DNA of 63,761 nt, the filler included, from Octopus bimaculoides (lineage: Eukaryota), in NCBI RefSeq assembly GCF_001194135.2. It is 4 parts of 4 records of this genome, joined end to end, with 100 filler letters (N's around TTAATTAATTAA, not from the genome) between each part and the next. Parts side by side here need not be neighbours in the genome. Positions count along the whole stretch, not along the records: positions 23,197 to 48,001 come from NC_068981.1; positions 48,102 to 63,761 come from NC_069003.1; 2 more parts are not named here. The stretch is one strand, 5' to 3'. Below are positions 39,214-52,386 of the stretch, piece by piece. Position numbers and translations under genes: made by a program. The first letter of the stretch is position 1, and each line of letters starts with the position of its first letter. The notes beneath the pieces are model-generated. The model was not told the DNA's origin, did no database searches, and saw only the letters and a list, made by a program, of their open reading frames with translations.

Positions 39214-40987
39214 AATTCTCCATATAAATGATAGCAAAGTGTGTATTAAATGAAATTAAAATCCTGGTTCAGTGACAGATCGGTCAAATTAGTAATGTTT
39301 TAACGTTTTTGTTAACAACATATTCTTTCCTTTAATATTGAAAAAGAGAGAAAGTACCACCCTCACTTTTGCAAGAGCAATTAAATTAGCTTGGCTCGTG
39401 TAAGGTGCATGACATTGCTTCTAACCCTTTCCAATGTCTAATATGTACATGTATGACTTTAGAACCTTATGGTGGGTGAATAATAGGAGGGTTAAGGGTG
39501 ATAGATAGGAGAAGGGAGGAGGTTAAAAGTTCAGGGGAGAGGTTTCTTAACCCTCTTCCATTTACCCGAGGATATAATTGAGAAGCTTATAGGGAACTGT
39601 ATAGAAGGAGGCTGCAGCTCTACTTCTGGGAGGGAAGGCGTGTCCCCACCTTTGCAGGCTGGTATGTCATGTTAGCTATCAGTATAAAATATTTTTAAAT
39701 CGCTATCCACGTATAAGTACTCACATCTTATTAAAAATAGAAATATCCACTGTTAATAAGTAGAGTTTCTCCAAGAATATTAAAAATAGGTAATGTAAGT
39801 TATTAGCATATAATATCTTTTGATCCATATCCAAGAATAAATACTCACATCGATTTAAATGTGAAATATCAAGTGTTAATAAGGCGAGTTGTTCCAAAAA
39901 TATCCAAAATATGTATTGGAAGTTTATCAAGATATAACATTTTCTAATCACTATCCAATTAGAAATAGCTACATCCGATTTAAATATGAAATATCAAGCG
40001 TACTCTCACTAATTTTGTTAGGTCCATTCCACGAACAATTATTTGAATAGCTCATGTCGATATCTCTAACTTATGTCACGGGAATATTGAACTTTAAAAT
40101 TTATAAGGTATATCGTATAAATTGAAAGATATCCTACAGTAAATATTGCCTAAAAGACCGAATGAATGAATGACATATATCAAAGATTTTACCGGGCGTG
40201 TCTCTATATGAGGACCTTTCGTTATTTAGAAACCTTACTGTTTCTTTTTCTTCTGAAAATTACATAAGTTGTGTGTAACATCGAATTTTAAGATCTACAG
40301 TATAGTAATTCCAGGGGTTACATGGACTTAGCTGAAAACAAATTTATGGTTTAGGGTTACAGTTAGGGTTAGTATTTAGCGAGTACGGTGTTATTGTAAA
40401 TACTTACCAAATTTTTATCTCGTCACAATTATGTTTATCAGCAACCAACCTTTGTGTGAAAGTGTTAGTGTAAATGTGCGAGCGATCGGGCCGTGCACAG
40501 TAATTTTGTTGCATAAGAGTACTTCTTACATACCTTGCTGTCAATTTATTATTCGATTAATCCCAACAAAAAACAAGTTTAGTCAGTGGTTTAGCACTTA
40601 TGTTTGTCTTCTTTATTCTAAAATAATAAAAACTTCAACATACTTCCAAAATGGAACTTGATCCGCGTGTATCTGCGTGCGTATATGTGCATGTGTCTGT
40701 GTTTGAGTGCGTGTAGAGGGGAGGGTAAGAGTGCAAGAAAAACTTTTACGGAAATGTACTCATAAAAATTCTATTAGAATAAGTTATCTTTATATGCTAT
40801 GCTTGCAATTCTCCATATAAATGATAGCAAAGTGTGTATCAAATAAATTTAAAATCCTGGTTCAGTGACAGATCGATGAAGTTAGTTTTCTTTTAACGTT
40901 TTTGGTAACAACATATTTTTTCTCTAATTAAATATTGAAAAAGAGAGAAAATACCACCCTCTCTTTTGCAAGAGAAATTAATTTTGG
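39214..40987. repeat. About 175-bp direct repeats (39214-39387, 40807-40987) bracketing a segment with about 125-bp degenerate tandem repeats
   Basis: aattctccatataaatgatagcaaagtgtgtat..aaaatcctggttcagtgacagatcg..gaaaaagagagaaa..ttttgcaagag occurs at both sites. Confidence 0.85.
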
Positions 40988-41284
40988 CGGTAAGGACTAA
41001 ACCACTTGCTTCATTTTCACAATTAAAAAGCATTAATCTTTAATTTATAAAAAAAAAAAAAAAAGGTGGGGTCGTAGACGTATGACGGAGAATTATTCAA
41101 CATCGTGCTTGCTTCTATCAGAATCGTTTACATTAAAAACGAAAAGACAAAACCGACGTATACGACAAGTATGTAAAACATATTTCTGTTTACTTTCTCT
41201 GTTCATTCGCATAAGCTGTAGAGATTGTTACTCGTGCGAACACAAACACAGAATTTTTCCAGACATTTAGCTGTTATTTTTCGT

Positions 41285-41700
41285 AGTTCATTTTCAGTTT
41301 TAGACAACGGGATGGGGTGTAAAGATCAATTTTAGAATTCTTCAAAGAAAATTTAAAATTAAAAAATGTTTTTCATATTCTTAATCTCCGTATCTTTCCA
41401 CTTAGATTGAAATTCACATTTGAAAGAAATAAAAATTAAATTTGGTAGGAGGGGGAATTTAAAAGATTGAAAACAGTTTCTTTTTTTTTTTCATATACAG
41501 AATCGCCGTCATCGAAAACAGGAATCCGCTGAAAAAAAAGCCGAAAGGGTCATATAGGGAGTGGTTGGCTACAATCCCCAGAACCTTCCTCGAGTAATGA
41601 AAAATCTTCATGCCAAATTTGGTACTAAATGATCCAGCGGTTTGGTCGTGCATAGAGGACACGGACACACACACACACACATACACACACGGGTGCAAGA
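41285..41700. mobile_element. Non-autonomous Helentron/DINE-like element
   Basis: catgccaaatttggtactaaatgatccagcggtttggtcgtgcatagagg followed by (AC)n, a motif characteristic of HINE/DINE-like elements. Confidence 0.45.
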
Positions 41701-41704
41701 TATA

Positions 41705-42335
41705 CTCAACGCCGCCGACTCAACACCAGGACAACTCAACACCAAAACAACACAACACCAGGAAAATTGATTAATGAATAATTTATTCGTTTTATAACAT
41801 TATCAGGTATTTGTAAAAAAATCAATTTAATACATGACATACATTTTAAAATTCGAATAAAGGTAATTGAGAATACAAGGCTAAAATTTAAATGACAAAT
41901 TTACTGAAAGTTGTATGCAATACCTTTCAGATATTCTGTGGGAGATCGTTCTGAAATAGATGAAACAATGTGCAGAATTCTATCATCTACATTCATATAC
42001 TTCTTCAGTTTAGGGGAGGGGGAATGACCTCCAATCAATTGCTCAAACAAACGCATCTCGGTTTCTTTGCACCTTATGTAGCCCATTTATAAATCTCCAT
42101 ATTGTACGGGCTCCATTGCCAGCTCTGTTTGGAGTCTTGTATTTGCTGCTTCCCCCAGTCTTCCCCGAGCAACGTCCTCTCGTAAACATTCCACATTTCA
42201 TGGAGGAAGAGTGAAGGTCTTTTACTATTTCCACGTCGATTTGGTCTTCCAATACAGGTATCTTCGAACAAATTCAGCAGTGAAGTCAAGTGCCCATCAC
42301 TCAGAAAAATACAGGAGTACGTCCTCATAGATGAA
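41705..42335 (-). mobile_element. MULE (Mutator-like) transposase C-terminal remnant
   Basis: EDTCIGRPNRRGNSKRPSLFLHEMWNVYERTLLGED..TIWRFINGL.KVQRNRDA..EQLIGGHSPSPKLKKYMNVDDRILHIV across three frames. Confidence 0.7.
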
Positions 42336-42339
42336 ACGT

Positions 42340-42600
42340 ACTAAATAGGGGATACATATAGAGGTAGACTACGTTTCTTGTTCTACAGTTAATGCCAGGG
42401 TTAATCTTACATATCATGCAGTTCTCATCGGTGCATGTACTATTCTCGAAGGAGTACATCCTACATAACTGTGATCTGATGGAGCTCCCTGGCTTCACAC
42501 CGATCTTAAGGTTGATTTTGGTCTTCGGAGCTTTCTTAAATCTACAAGCTAGTTCCCCATGGGCTCTGGCCTCTACAAATATCACTCCTTGATAAAAAGG
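42340..42600 (-). mobile_element. Fragment of a second PLE lineage (Neptune-like Cys-rich linker and GIY-YIG start)
   Basis: ELACRFKK..KPGSSIRSQL..FENSTCTDENCMICKINPGINCRTRNVVY, the Cys-rich linker that precedes the VVY/YIG nuclease motif. Confidence 0.65.
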
Positions 42601-43100
42601 GCCTATCACTCAGACAAATAGAGAAGCACGTCCTCACATATATATATATATATATATATATATAGGTAGGTAGGTAAATGGATATGCAGGTAACAGATAG
42701 GTAAGTAAAGAGACAGGTACATAGGTAATACGGACAGACACTCCACGGGGACACACTCCACACATCAACTCTAACCCTAACCCTAAAACCCTAAAGCTAA
42801 AGCCAGTACAAACGCACGAATGATGTCATAAATAACAGTGAAAAACGAAATATACACCGCCTATAGTTGTTGTTGACAAACAACGGCAGTAATTTTATTC
42901 AGCTGAATACACGTCATTGATTGGTTGAAATTACCGAAATGCGACAACTTTAACACGAAATAACTTTGAAAATACAAACTTTTCTCAACATTACTAAGAG
43001 TAAAGATGTTTTATATGACATATTCTACCAGTGTCTGAAGTTTGAAAGTGTTTAATTACAAAAAATTGATTTCTCGATGTGCCGTTCAAAGGGAAAAGAT

Positions 43101-44815
43101 CCCCGTGTTTTCTCCAAAATAAGCCCTTCCATGATTTTTCAGGATGTTTTTTTTTTATATAAGCCCTACTCCAAAAATAAGACCTAGTGAAAAATGCATT
43201 AGCTTGTTAACAACTCCATGTGATGCTTGTAAAATAAATCAACTACCGCAGCTTGTCTGAAGTCTGTGCTAAGCGCACATGCACAGACTTGACTCCCTTG
43301 GCCCGAGTCACTTGTCCCCCGGGCTAGATGAGTGCAAAAGAAAGAGTTATTCCGTGGCATACAACAAAGGAATTGTGGAAGAGTCAGATAAGAAGACACT
43401 TCCGGCTTTCCGTAAGGAGAAGATGCTGGATCTCCGAATGGTTCGAAAATGGCAAGCAGAGTACGATAATCTCAGCAGATGGGTGGATGAGGGAAGTGCT
43501 AAGAAGCGCAAGTGTGGATCAGGTCGACAACCGTTATTTTCAGAGCTGGAATATATCACCTCGGGATGGATTGCTGACAGAACAAAGGCTTTGGTTGTAC
43601 ACAGGGCTGATATTCAAGAATTTGCTCTTGCAATGGCAGCACAGTTGGATATACCCCCAGAGATAGTCAAAGCATCACCTCATTAGTTGATAACTTCCTA
43701 CGGCGATATGAGCATCCTCCAGTTTGAACACTGTTCAAACTAGAGGATGCTGAATTGATTCACCGTGCAGTTGCGTTCAACTCCTTCGTTCATGGCATCG
43801 ACTTTCCTAAATACAATCTCTCCAATATAATTGCTATGGATGAGACTGCAGTATTTATGGGCCAAGGATCTAAAATGACAATTGAACAGACAGGTGCTGC
43901 GACAATCTACGTTGCGTCAACGGGTTCCGAAAGTGTAAGAGTTATTTGTATTATAGTAATTCATCTTGATGGAACAAAAGTCCCACCGCTTACCATCACA
44001 AAAGGCAAAAAAGAGAAAATGGAACGAGTTTCGGGCATTTATGTCCTTGCAACGGAAAAGGCTTGGTACACACAAGCTGTTATAAGAAAATGGGTTGATT
44101 TAACTATGCCACTTGTTTTACGTGGTTCTCAAAGAGGTCTCGGATTCGGCCAGCATTCATCACGCAAAAGATATAAAAACCTTTCTTTCTGAAAGAAGAA
44201 TTAACCACATAATGTTTCCCGCGGGAATGGCTTCATATCTACATTAGATCTTGTAATAAACAAGCCATTCAACGATTATTTTCGGATGGAAGTGAATGAA
44301 TATATCAAATATAGAATGGAGAGAAATCAGCGTGGAAACTTTGTCAAACCCAACCTCCAAGAAGTCGTGAATTGGGTGAAGAATTCATGGAATAAAATTA
44401 CCGACAGCTCCGTTGCCGATGCACTACGAGCTGGGTACTTAGACACACAAGTATTCATTTAAGGATAGTTATATTGCCAAACACGAGAGATTGGGGTCCA
44501 TGATTCTACAGGAAATGGACTTGCAAGAAATTCAGTCTGAAGTTCGGGGTTTGGTGATTTATGATGATGTTCCAGAAGAGGACGAAATGTTTGTACTTGA
44601 CTAAAAACAATATGTAAATGAATAAACTTTCCGTAACTAAAATCATGGGTTTCTTTTTATACCTTTTTCTTTTTACACGAGGACATGAAAATTTTTGTTT
44701 TTCTTGGATTTTTTCAGCGAAAATATAAGAGACCCCTCCCCCAAATAATCCCTAGTGCGTTTTTTGCATGAAAAATCAATATAAGACCGAGTCTTATTTT
44801 CGAGCAAACACGGTA
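43101..44815 (+). mobile_element. pogo/Tigger-like DNA transposon, near full length, frameshifted transposase
   Basis: TIRs ccgtgttttctccaaaataagcc / gtcttattttcgagcaaacacggta. ORF 43279-43686 is the HTH region (KRKSYSVAY..VRKWQ..GSGRQPLFSELE). ORF 43755-44192 is DDE_1 (IIAMDET..DGTKVPP). A later frame gives DSASIH..LDLVINKPFNDY. Confidence 0.92.
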
Positions 44816-45539
44816 TGAAAGGAAGACGATTACTTATATTTTAAGTGTCAATCTCACTTTGTTATTCATTATATTTTAGTACATAAATAGCATTGTATAT
44901 AATATGTGAGTATGACACAATTTCGTCTACCGTCTCTACTGTATAAAAGAAATTCTAGATTCACTATTCTATTGCGCACTACAAAATTAATATTACTGGT
45001 GAGAAAATATGTACCTGCATTTCCGCTGTGATCAATGTTTGCGAACCGTTGCACACATAGTAATAAGTGTAATGACGAAATTTCATAACCATTTCATTTT
45101 ATTCTCTATGTAGAGTTGTCTCTATTTCACACTAAAATCTAGAATGTGAATTCGTTTTGTACATACACATATATACAGATATATGCACACATATGTGTGC
45201 ATGTGTGCATCCGTGTGTCTGTGTTTGTGAGTACGTGTGTGTGAGTGTGTGCGTGTGTAGGAATGAATACTGATCAGAAGTAAGATTGACGAGATTGCTG
45301 GCGTATATTTTTTCTTCGTTTATTTTTTCTTGGCTTGTTTTTACATTATTTGATTTCATCTCCTGTCAGATTGATATTTATTGAGAGATTGGATTAAAAG
45401 CATATTAGCCCGCTGTCTTAAATGCCACTAATATACGTTGATTTATTCCTGTAAAAGTAAAATTCACATACCAAGACGAATACCAGCAGCGGGTTACCCA
45501 ACAACAACCATACCAAAAAAGAAAAATAATAATAATGGC

Positions 45540-46120
45540 TTCTAATTTAGGTACAAACCCAATAATTTTGAGTGGAATAGATTTTGTCGATTACCTCGAG
45601 CCCAGTACTAGACTGCTACTTTGCCTTATGTACTCTGAAATGTTGAAAGGCAAAATAGGCTTCGGTAGAATTTGAAACCAGTATGTAAAGAGTACGAAGA
45701 AATGCTGGTTAACATTTAGTCCAACGCGTAAACAATTCTTCCAGCACACCGCTTAGTAGTTTCAAATTATTGTACAAGGCCAGCAAATTTGAGGGAAGGA
45801 AGTTAAATATTATCTCGATTCCAGTATTTAACTAGTGCTTTATTTTATCGACCCTGAAAGAAAGATAAAACTGACCTCGTCGGTATCTGAATTTACGTCA
45901 TAAAGTCGGAAAATATGCCGCTATTAATTTTAGTCCACTGTGCCAACAATCCTGTCAGCTCGCCGCCTTTATGATAATAGATTGGAATCCAAGACCAGCG
46001 GAAGACGATTCTTAATTACATCTACCACAATGATCAGATAATTCTCATTTTATCGACCGCGAAAGGATAAAAGAGAGAGTCTATCTCGTTTGGATTTGAA
46101 CTTAGTACGTAAAATGTACT
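45540..46120 (-). mobile_element. Three tandem diverged Meta-type SINE copies
   Basis: Repeated tattttatcgacc..gaaag..atttgaa..cgtaa motifs at about 45560, 45780 and 46000. Confidence 0.65.
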
Positions 46121-46728
46121 CTATACAGTCAACATCCAATTCTAAACCACAGCGCAATTCACACATTGTATACGAAACACCATACAAAAAATATTACGCA
46201 GCAACATATTTCACATTCTTTACATGACATACATAACATTAAATTAAAACTAGAAACATTAAAACAAGTTCCACAGCAAAATGAGGCAGCTCTAATGTAG
46301 AACCTAAATTCTACAACCTCCAAATAATCCTGTGTTTGTAATTGAAACGGAAAATAATACTATGAATAAAAATTTTTAATTTTCAAAAGCATCGCTTTTA
46401 ACCTCAGTATTGTTTTAAAACATACCACGTGCTCCAGAGGCAAGTTTGGAGTAATTTGCAAAATTTTATTATCTGTAATAATTTGTTAGAAGTTTGTCAA
46501 AGCATTGTCATCATAATCAAAGATACAATTTTAGTTTTCATCAAAATATTATTTTTATCACATTTATACGTCCACAAATGAATAAAAATAAAACTCTCAA
46601 GCGTAAAAAGAGACATTCAGAAAACAAAGAAACGAATAACATGAACTAAACAAGACAATATAAAAGAAATATATTAAACAAATATGTCAAAGCCCGCACT
46701 GCAACAGAACACAACGTGAATGCGGATC

Positions 46729-46762
<34 letters not shown>

Positions 46763-47892
46763 GCACACACAAACCATTTAGGCACAAAGCCATCAATTTT
46801 GGATAGAGATACCATCGTGACTAGTGTTTGTTTTGTTTTTTTTATTTTTACCGACCCGGAAAGGGTGAGAAGTAATGTTTACGTTGGTGGGATTCTAATA
46901 CTGAATGTCACAAGGCATCTTCCGCCGCTCTAACAATTCTGCCGCTACAATATCATTTACAACACAACCGACATCTATAATTACAAAAAATAAAGAGGAG
47001 ATAACTCCAAACCTAATGCTGGTGAGTAGATATAGGAGAAATTACTAATGTTAACATGAATGAATAAACGTAGTGATTTAAAAATATGATAGACGAAATT
47101 TAAAAAAAATTTGAAGACATGAACCATTTATATGCTGAACCAGCAAAATAGTACAGAACATGAAAACTTAGATCTTTAGTCAAGTTTCGTTTTCACCTTA
47201 TTCTTAACATTGGGATTTCTAACCAGGATAAGAAATAATTCTACAAAACTACCCGAGAAGTTATAGTTGTTATCCACTGATTCTGTCCCTAGTCTTAATA
47301 GATAGCCTTCATCAGTATGTAGTCAGCCTTTGTCAGAAGCAGCATGTGATAGTCGACAGCTACTCACTCTACTAAATGACCTAAACAAGCCACGGAGAAG
47401 TAGCCATAGCTAGAAGCTAGGCAATATTTGTTGCTGAAACCAAGTAACCGGACAATTTCTCACATATGTGTAACTTTTAAGTAATGAAAGTCGTACTTGT
47501 TGATACAAATAAAAAGAAATGTCACAAAAGCGCGTTGGGCGCTGTTTTCTATCGTTTGTAATTTGTGTGTGTGTGTGAGATGTATTGTGTATGTGTTTGT
47601 GCTCTGTGCGTGCATTTGGATATAAGTGTATGTGGGTATTAGTTTGTGTCTATATAGTTCATGTGCATGGATGCGTATCTGTGTATGCGCGCGCGTGAGA
47701 GAGAGAGAGAGAGAGAGAGAAAGAAAGAGACAGAGAGACGAGAGAGTAAGAGAGAGGAAAGTGTGATTTACCCATAATATCACTATCAATCCCCATTTTC
47801 TCACACATACACACAAATGTACATGTATATACGACGAAGTTCTTTCAGGTTCCGTCTACTAAATCCAGTCATAAGTCGGCCCGAGGCTATAG

Positions 47893-47928
<36 letters not shown>

Positions 47929-47949
47929 AACATACACACACGCACACTG

Positions 47950-48001
<52 letters not shown>

Positions 48002-48100
48002 NNNNNNNNNNNNNNNNNNNNNNNNNNNNNNNNNNNNNNNNNNNNTTAATTAATTAANNNNNNNNNNNNNNNNNNNNNNNNNNNNNNNNNNNNNNNNNNN

Positions 48101-48425
48101 NAAGAAGGAAGGAAAGAAGGAAGGAGGGAGGGAGGGAAGGAAGGAAGGAAGGAAGGAAGGAAGGAAGGAAAGAAGGAAGGAAAGAAGGAAGGAAGGAAGG
48201 AAGGAAGGGAAGGGAAGGGAAGGGAAGATGGGTGATAAAGTAAACCACATGGCTAACAACACCTACTACTACTACTACTACTACTACTAATAATAATAAT
48301 AATAATAATAATAATTATAAGAATAAGAATAAGAATAAGAATAAGAATAATACTACAATAGTAATAATAATACAATAATAATAATACGACTACAGTAATA
48401 ATAATAATAATAATAATACGACTAC

Positions 48426-48484
<59 letters not shown>

Positions 48485-48545
48485 TAATAATAAATAATAA
48501 TAATAATAATAATAACATCAACTACAAATAGTAACAGCAGTATGA
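48101..48545. repeat. Compound microsatellite (GGAA)n, (TAC)n, (TAA)n, (TAAGAA)n
   Basis: Directly visible. Confidence 0.95.
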
Positions 48546-49205
48546 AAAACTGCAACTGAAATAACAATAAAAACAACCTTCTTCGTGGTTATCGTTTAAT
48601 TTTCTTTTCTTCTTTTTACAGAGGTTCTGGGGCGCATGTGAAGGCACGTGGGCATAACGGTTAGGGTGTTGCACTCACGACAGTAAGAGCGTGGTTTCGA
48701 TTCCTGGACTGGGTGGTGTGTTTTGTGTTGTTGAGTAAAACACTTCATATTACCTTCCTCCGGTTCTACTCCGACGTCCCATTCAGGGGAAAATGTGATT
48801 TCGGCTACTAATACCTTGTGCCCGGACTTACGAGTCCTAGGGCTCCGATCAATCTTTCAGAATCGATGAATGAATTACTACTCTAATACTGGTTCAATAC
48901 ATTCCCTCTCTCTCTCTCTCTCTCGTCTCTCAGTATCTCTTTTTTCTTTCTCTCTTCCTTTCTCTCTTCCACCACTCTCATTGTATCCCCAATTCAAAGG
49001 TCCAATTAAGTCACATCATGTCACCCTAATTCGACCAGAGAACTGCTTAAGGCGGGTGGCATGTGTTTGTAGAATACTCAGCCACCTACGCAATCATTTC
49101 ACAATCAAAATTCTATTGCTTAAACTGCTGAATGTGCATCGCCAAGACCGACTGAAAACCCACACATATCCATATCTATATGAACATGTATATATATATA
49201 TGTAT

Positions 49206-49239
<34 letters not shown>

Positions 49240-49911
49240 TCATATGTATGTGTGTATGTGTGTATGTATATATGTATGTATATGTATATATTTATGTATG
49301 TATGTGTGTATGTATGAATGTATAACACTTGATCTTCTCGAAACCACATAATAATAACCGCATCACGCCCCTTCTTCATTAATTTATACCTGTTGGCGTG
49401 AAGGTTTATTAACTGCACTTGATGTTTTGTCATAACCTGAACAATGAGATTTTTCGACGTGCAACGCATTTATATGAAATTCTGTTTGAAATTTACAGAG
49501 ATTTAACAAATATTGCAGCAGGCCCGTAATGGGGATTCTTGAAGTCGTACGAAATATCATGATTGCCACCAGCTACCTGCATTTCATATTGGTCAACCTA
49601 TGAAAAGGGTCTCTTTTTGAAAATATCAAAACGAATTCCGTAGACTATCTTAATTCTGGATCTGAGTTATTCACGAAGCGTATCCACTTCATCAAATACC
49701 TGCTTAAATTCTCCCTATTCACATCAGCATATTAAACAGATGTACACAGAACTGTTAGACACTCCACTTACTTCGTTTACGTTTTCACCTGACTACATCT
49801 CAACAATGAATTGTTTTTAATCAACATTCCCCGAGTTATTTCCAGTTTTTAATCATTTATTTTCAACCGATTTCACACTTCCCTACAAATATAGTGTTGC
49901 TAACTATACTC

Positions 49912-50915
49912 TTTTACACTTTTACTTGTTTCAGTCATTTGACTGCGGCCATGCATGAGCACTGCCTTTAGTTGAGCAAATCGATCCCAGGACTTATTCT
50001 TTGGAAGCCTAGTACTTATTCTATCGGTCTCTTTTGCCGAACCGCTAAGTTACGGGGGTGTAAACACACCACCATCGGTTGTCAAGCGATGTTGGGGGGA
50101 CAAACACAGATACACAAACATATACACACACATACATATATACATATACATACATGTACATACGACAGGCTTCTTTCAGTTTCCGTCTACCAAATCCACT
50201 CACAAGGCTTTGGTCGGCCCGAGGCTATAGTAGAAGACACTTGCCCAAGGTGCCACGCAGTGGGAATGAACCCGGAACCGTGTGGTTGGTAAGCAAGCTA
50301 CTTACCACGCAGCCACTATGCTACATTTACTAAATGACGAAGTATTAATAATTTTCTTTAATTAAAAATATTTACCTTTACATACTAAAATATATTAAAT
50401 GTCCTTTGTACACCCCTCCACACTATTTTTAGACACAAGGTTACTTCCGTTGCTTCTATTTTTATTGTGTAGTGAGGCGTCCAGATCTTTTCGGTCGCTA
50501 TCAAAGATTTCCTTTTTCGATTCCATCTTTTATCTTTTATCATTTTATCTTTTACGTGTTTCAGTCATTTTGACTGTGGCCATGCTGGGGCACCACCTTG
50601 AAAGGGATTAGTCGATCAAATCGACCCCAGGGTTTATTTAAAGCCTAGTACTTACTCTATCGGACACTTTTTGCCGAACCGCTAATTTACGAGGACATAA
50701 ACACACCAACACCGATTGTCAAGCGAGTGGGGAGGACACACACAGACACATACACACACAGAGACATACGACAAGTTTCTTTCAGTTTCCCTTTACCAGA
50801 TCCATTCGCAAGGCCAAAGCTATAGTAAAACACAATCGCCCTAGATGTCACGCAATGGGTCTGAACCTGGAACCATATGGAAGTGAAGCAAGCTTTTTAT
50901 CGTACTGCCACGCCT
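49912..50915 (-). mobile_element. Two CORE-type SINEs in tandem (49912-50322 near consensus; 50540-50915 diverged)
   Basis: Both have tttcagtcatttgactg.ggccatgc..gccgaaccgctaa..cttctttcagtttcc..gaacc.ggaacc. Confidence 0.9.
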
Positions 50916-51075
50916 GGGATTATACCGATTTAGTTTTGTCTGCTAATTATGTAAATAAAATTCATCTTTGCCATAAATTAATAAATGAAAAGTCAATAGC
51001 TTTCAAAGTTTGCAAATTTGGAGTAATTTTAGCCGATCGAAAGCCACCATTAATATACTTGACTGTAAAACTCAC

Positions 51076-51093
51076 ATTGGTGTCTGTTTCCAT
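51076..51093 (-). CDS. Candidate short first coding exon (METDTN), gene assignment uncertain
   Basis: Minus strand ttactATGGAAACAGACACCAAT|GTGAGT: good Kozak context (A at -3, G at +4), 6 codons, consensus donor in phase 0, in non-repetitive sequence, same strand as the aquaporin exon. Confidence 0.3.
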
Positions 51094-52386
51094 AGTAACA
51101 AAAGAAGTAAAACTGTGGTCTGCCCTGTTTTCTTTGCAACAAGGACGCTGTACTTAACGCAACTATGACACCTTCACCACTGCAACCACCACCACAAGGT
51201 TTAAAGAGCGATATCATTTTGTGTTTGTGTTATTTCTGTCTGCCATTTTGTAACAGACAGCTATCACGCGGACAATGCATGGCTTCTGATTATTGTTTTC
51301 TGGATCAAACTGTGAACCTCTGTAACATTTTTCTCATCTTTTTTCTAGGAATAAATGAATCCCGATTTCGGATTCAGCATGAAAAATTACATCGATGTAC
51401 CAAATTTGAAAAATATTCACTTAATTTTAAAATTTCCCAATCTGTGACAACAACCGACAAGATCCAAACGCCGGACAAAGTGTCTTGCGATGTTGCATCC
51501 GGCTATTTACATACTGATATGAAATCACGCCAAAGTCAACTTTACCTTTCCCCCGTTCGGTGTCGATAAAATAAAAAGTACCAATCGAGTACAGGGATCA
51601 ATATAACCCCCCCCCCCCNNNNNNNNNNNNNNNNNNNNNNNNNNNNNNNNNNNNNNNNNNNNNNNNNNNNNNNNNNNNNNNNNNNNNNNNNNNNNNNNNN
51701 NNNNNNNNNNNNNNNNNNNNNNNNNNNNNNNNNNNNNNNNNNNNNNNNNNNNNNNNNNNNNNNNNNNNNNNNNNNNNNNNNNNNNNNNNNNNNNNNNNNN
51801 NNNNNNNNNNNNNNNNNNNNNNNNNNNNNNNNNNNNNNNNNNNNNNNNNNNNNNNNNNNNNNNNNNNNNNNNNNNNNNNNNNNNNNNNNNNNNNNNNNNN
51901 NNNNNNNNNNNNNNNNNNNNNNNNNNNNNNNNNNNNNNNNNNNNNNNNNNNNNNNNNNNNNNNNNNNNNNNNNNNNNNNNNNNNNNNNNNNNNNNNNNNN
52001 NNNNNNNNNNNNNNNNNNNNNNNNNNNNNNNNNNNNNNNNNNNNNNNNNNNNNNNNNNNNNNNNNNNNNNNNNNNNNNNNNNNNNNNNNNNNNNNNNNNN
52101 NNNNNNNNNNNNNNNNNNNNNNNNNNNNNNNNNNNNNNNNNNNNNNNNNNNNNNNNNNNNNNNNNNNNNNNNNNNNNNNNNNNNNNNNNNNNNNNNNNNN
52201 NNNNNNNNNNNNNNNNNNNNNNNNNNNNNNNNNNNNNNNNNNNNNNNNNNNNNNNNNNNNNNNNNNNNNNNNNNNNNNNNNNNNNNNNNNNNNNNNNNNN
52301 NNNNNNNNNNNNNNNNNNNNNNNNNNNNNNNNNNNNNNNNNNNNNNNNNNNNNNNNNNNNNNNNNNNNNNNNNNNNNNNNNNNNNN

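Noticed and set aside
39721-39951. LRR-looking minus-strand ORF
   Set aside because: The periodicity comes from a roughly 125-bp non-coding degenerate tandem repeat.
49972-50333. Recurring peptide ..RLLSVSVYQIHSQGFGRPEAIVEDTCPRCHAVG.. resembling a gene family
   Set aside because: It is the antisense reading of the CORE-type SINE, repeated at 52814, 58465 and 59227.
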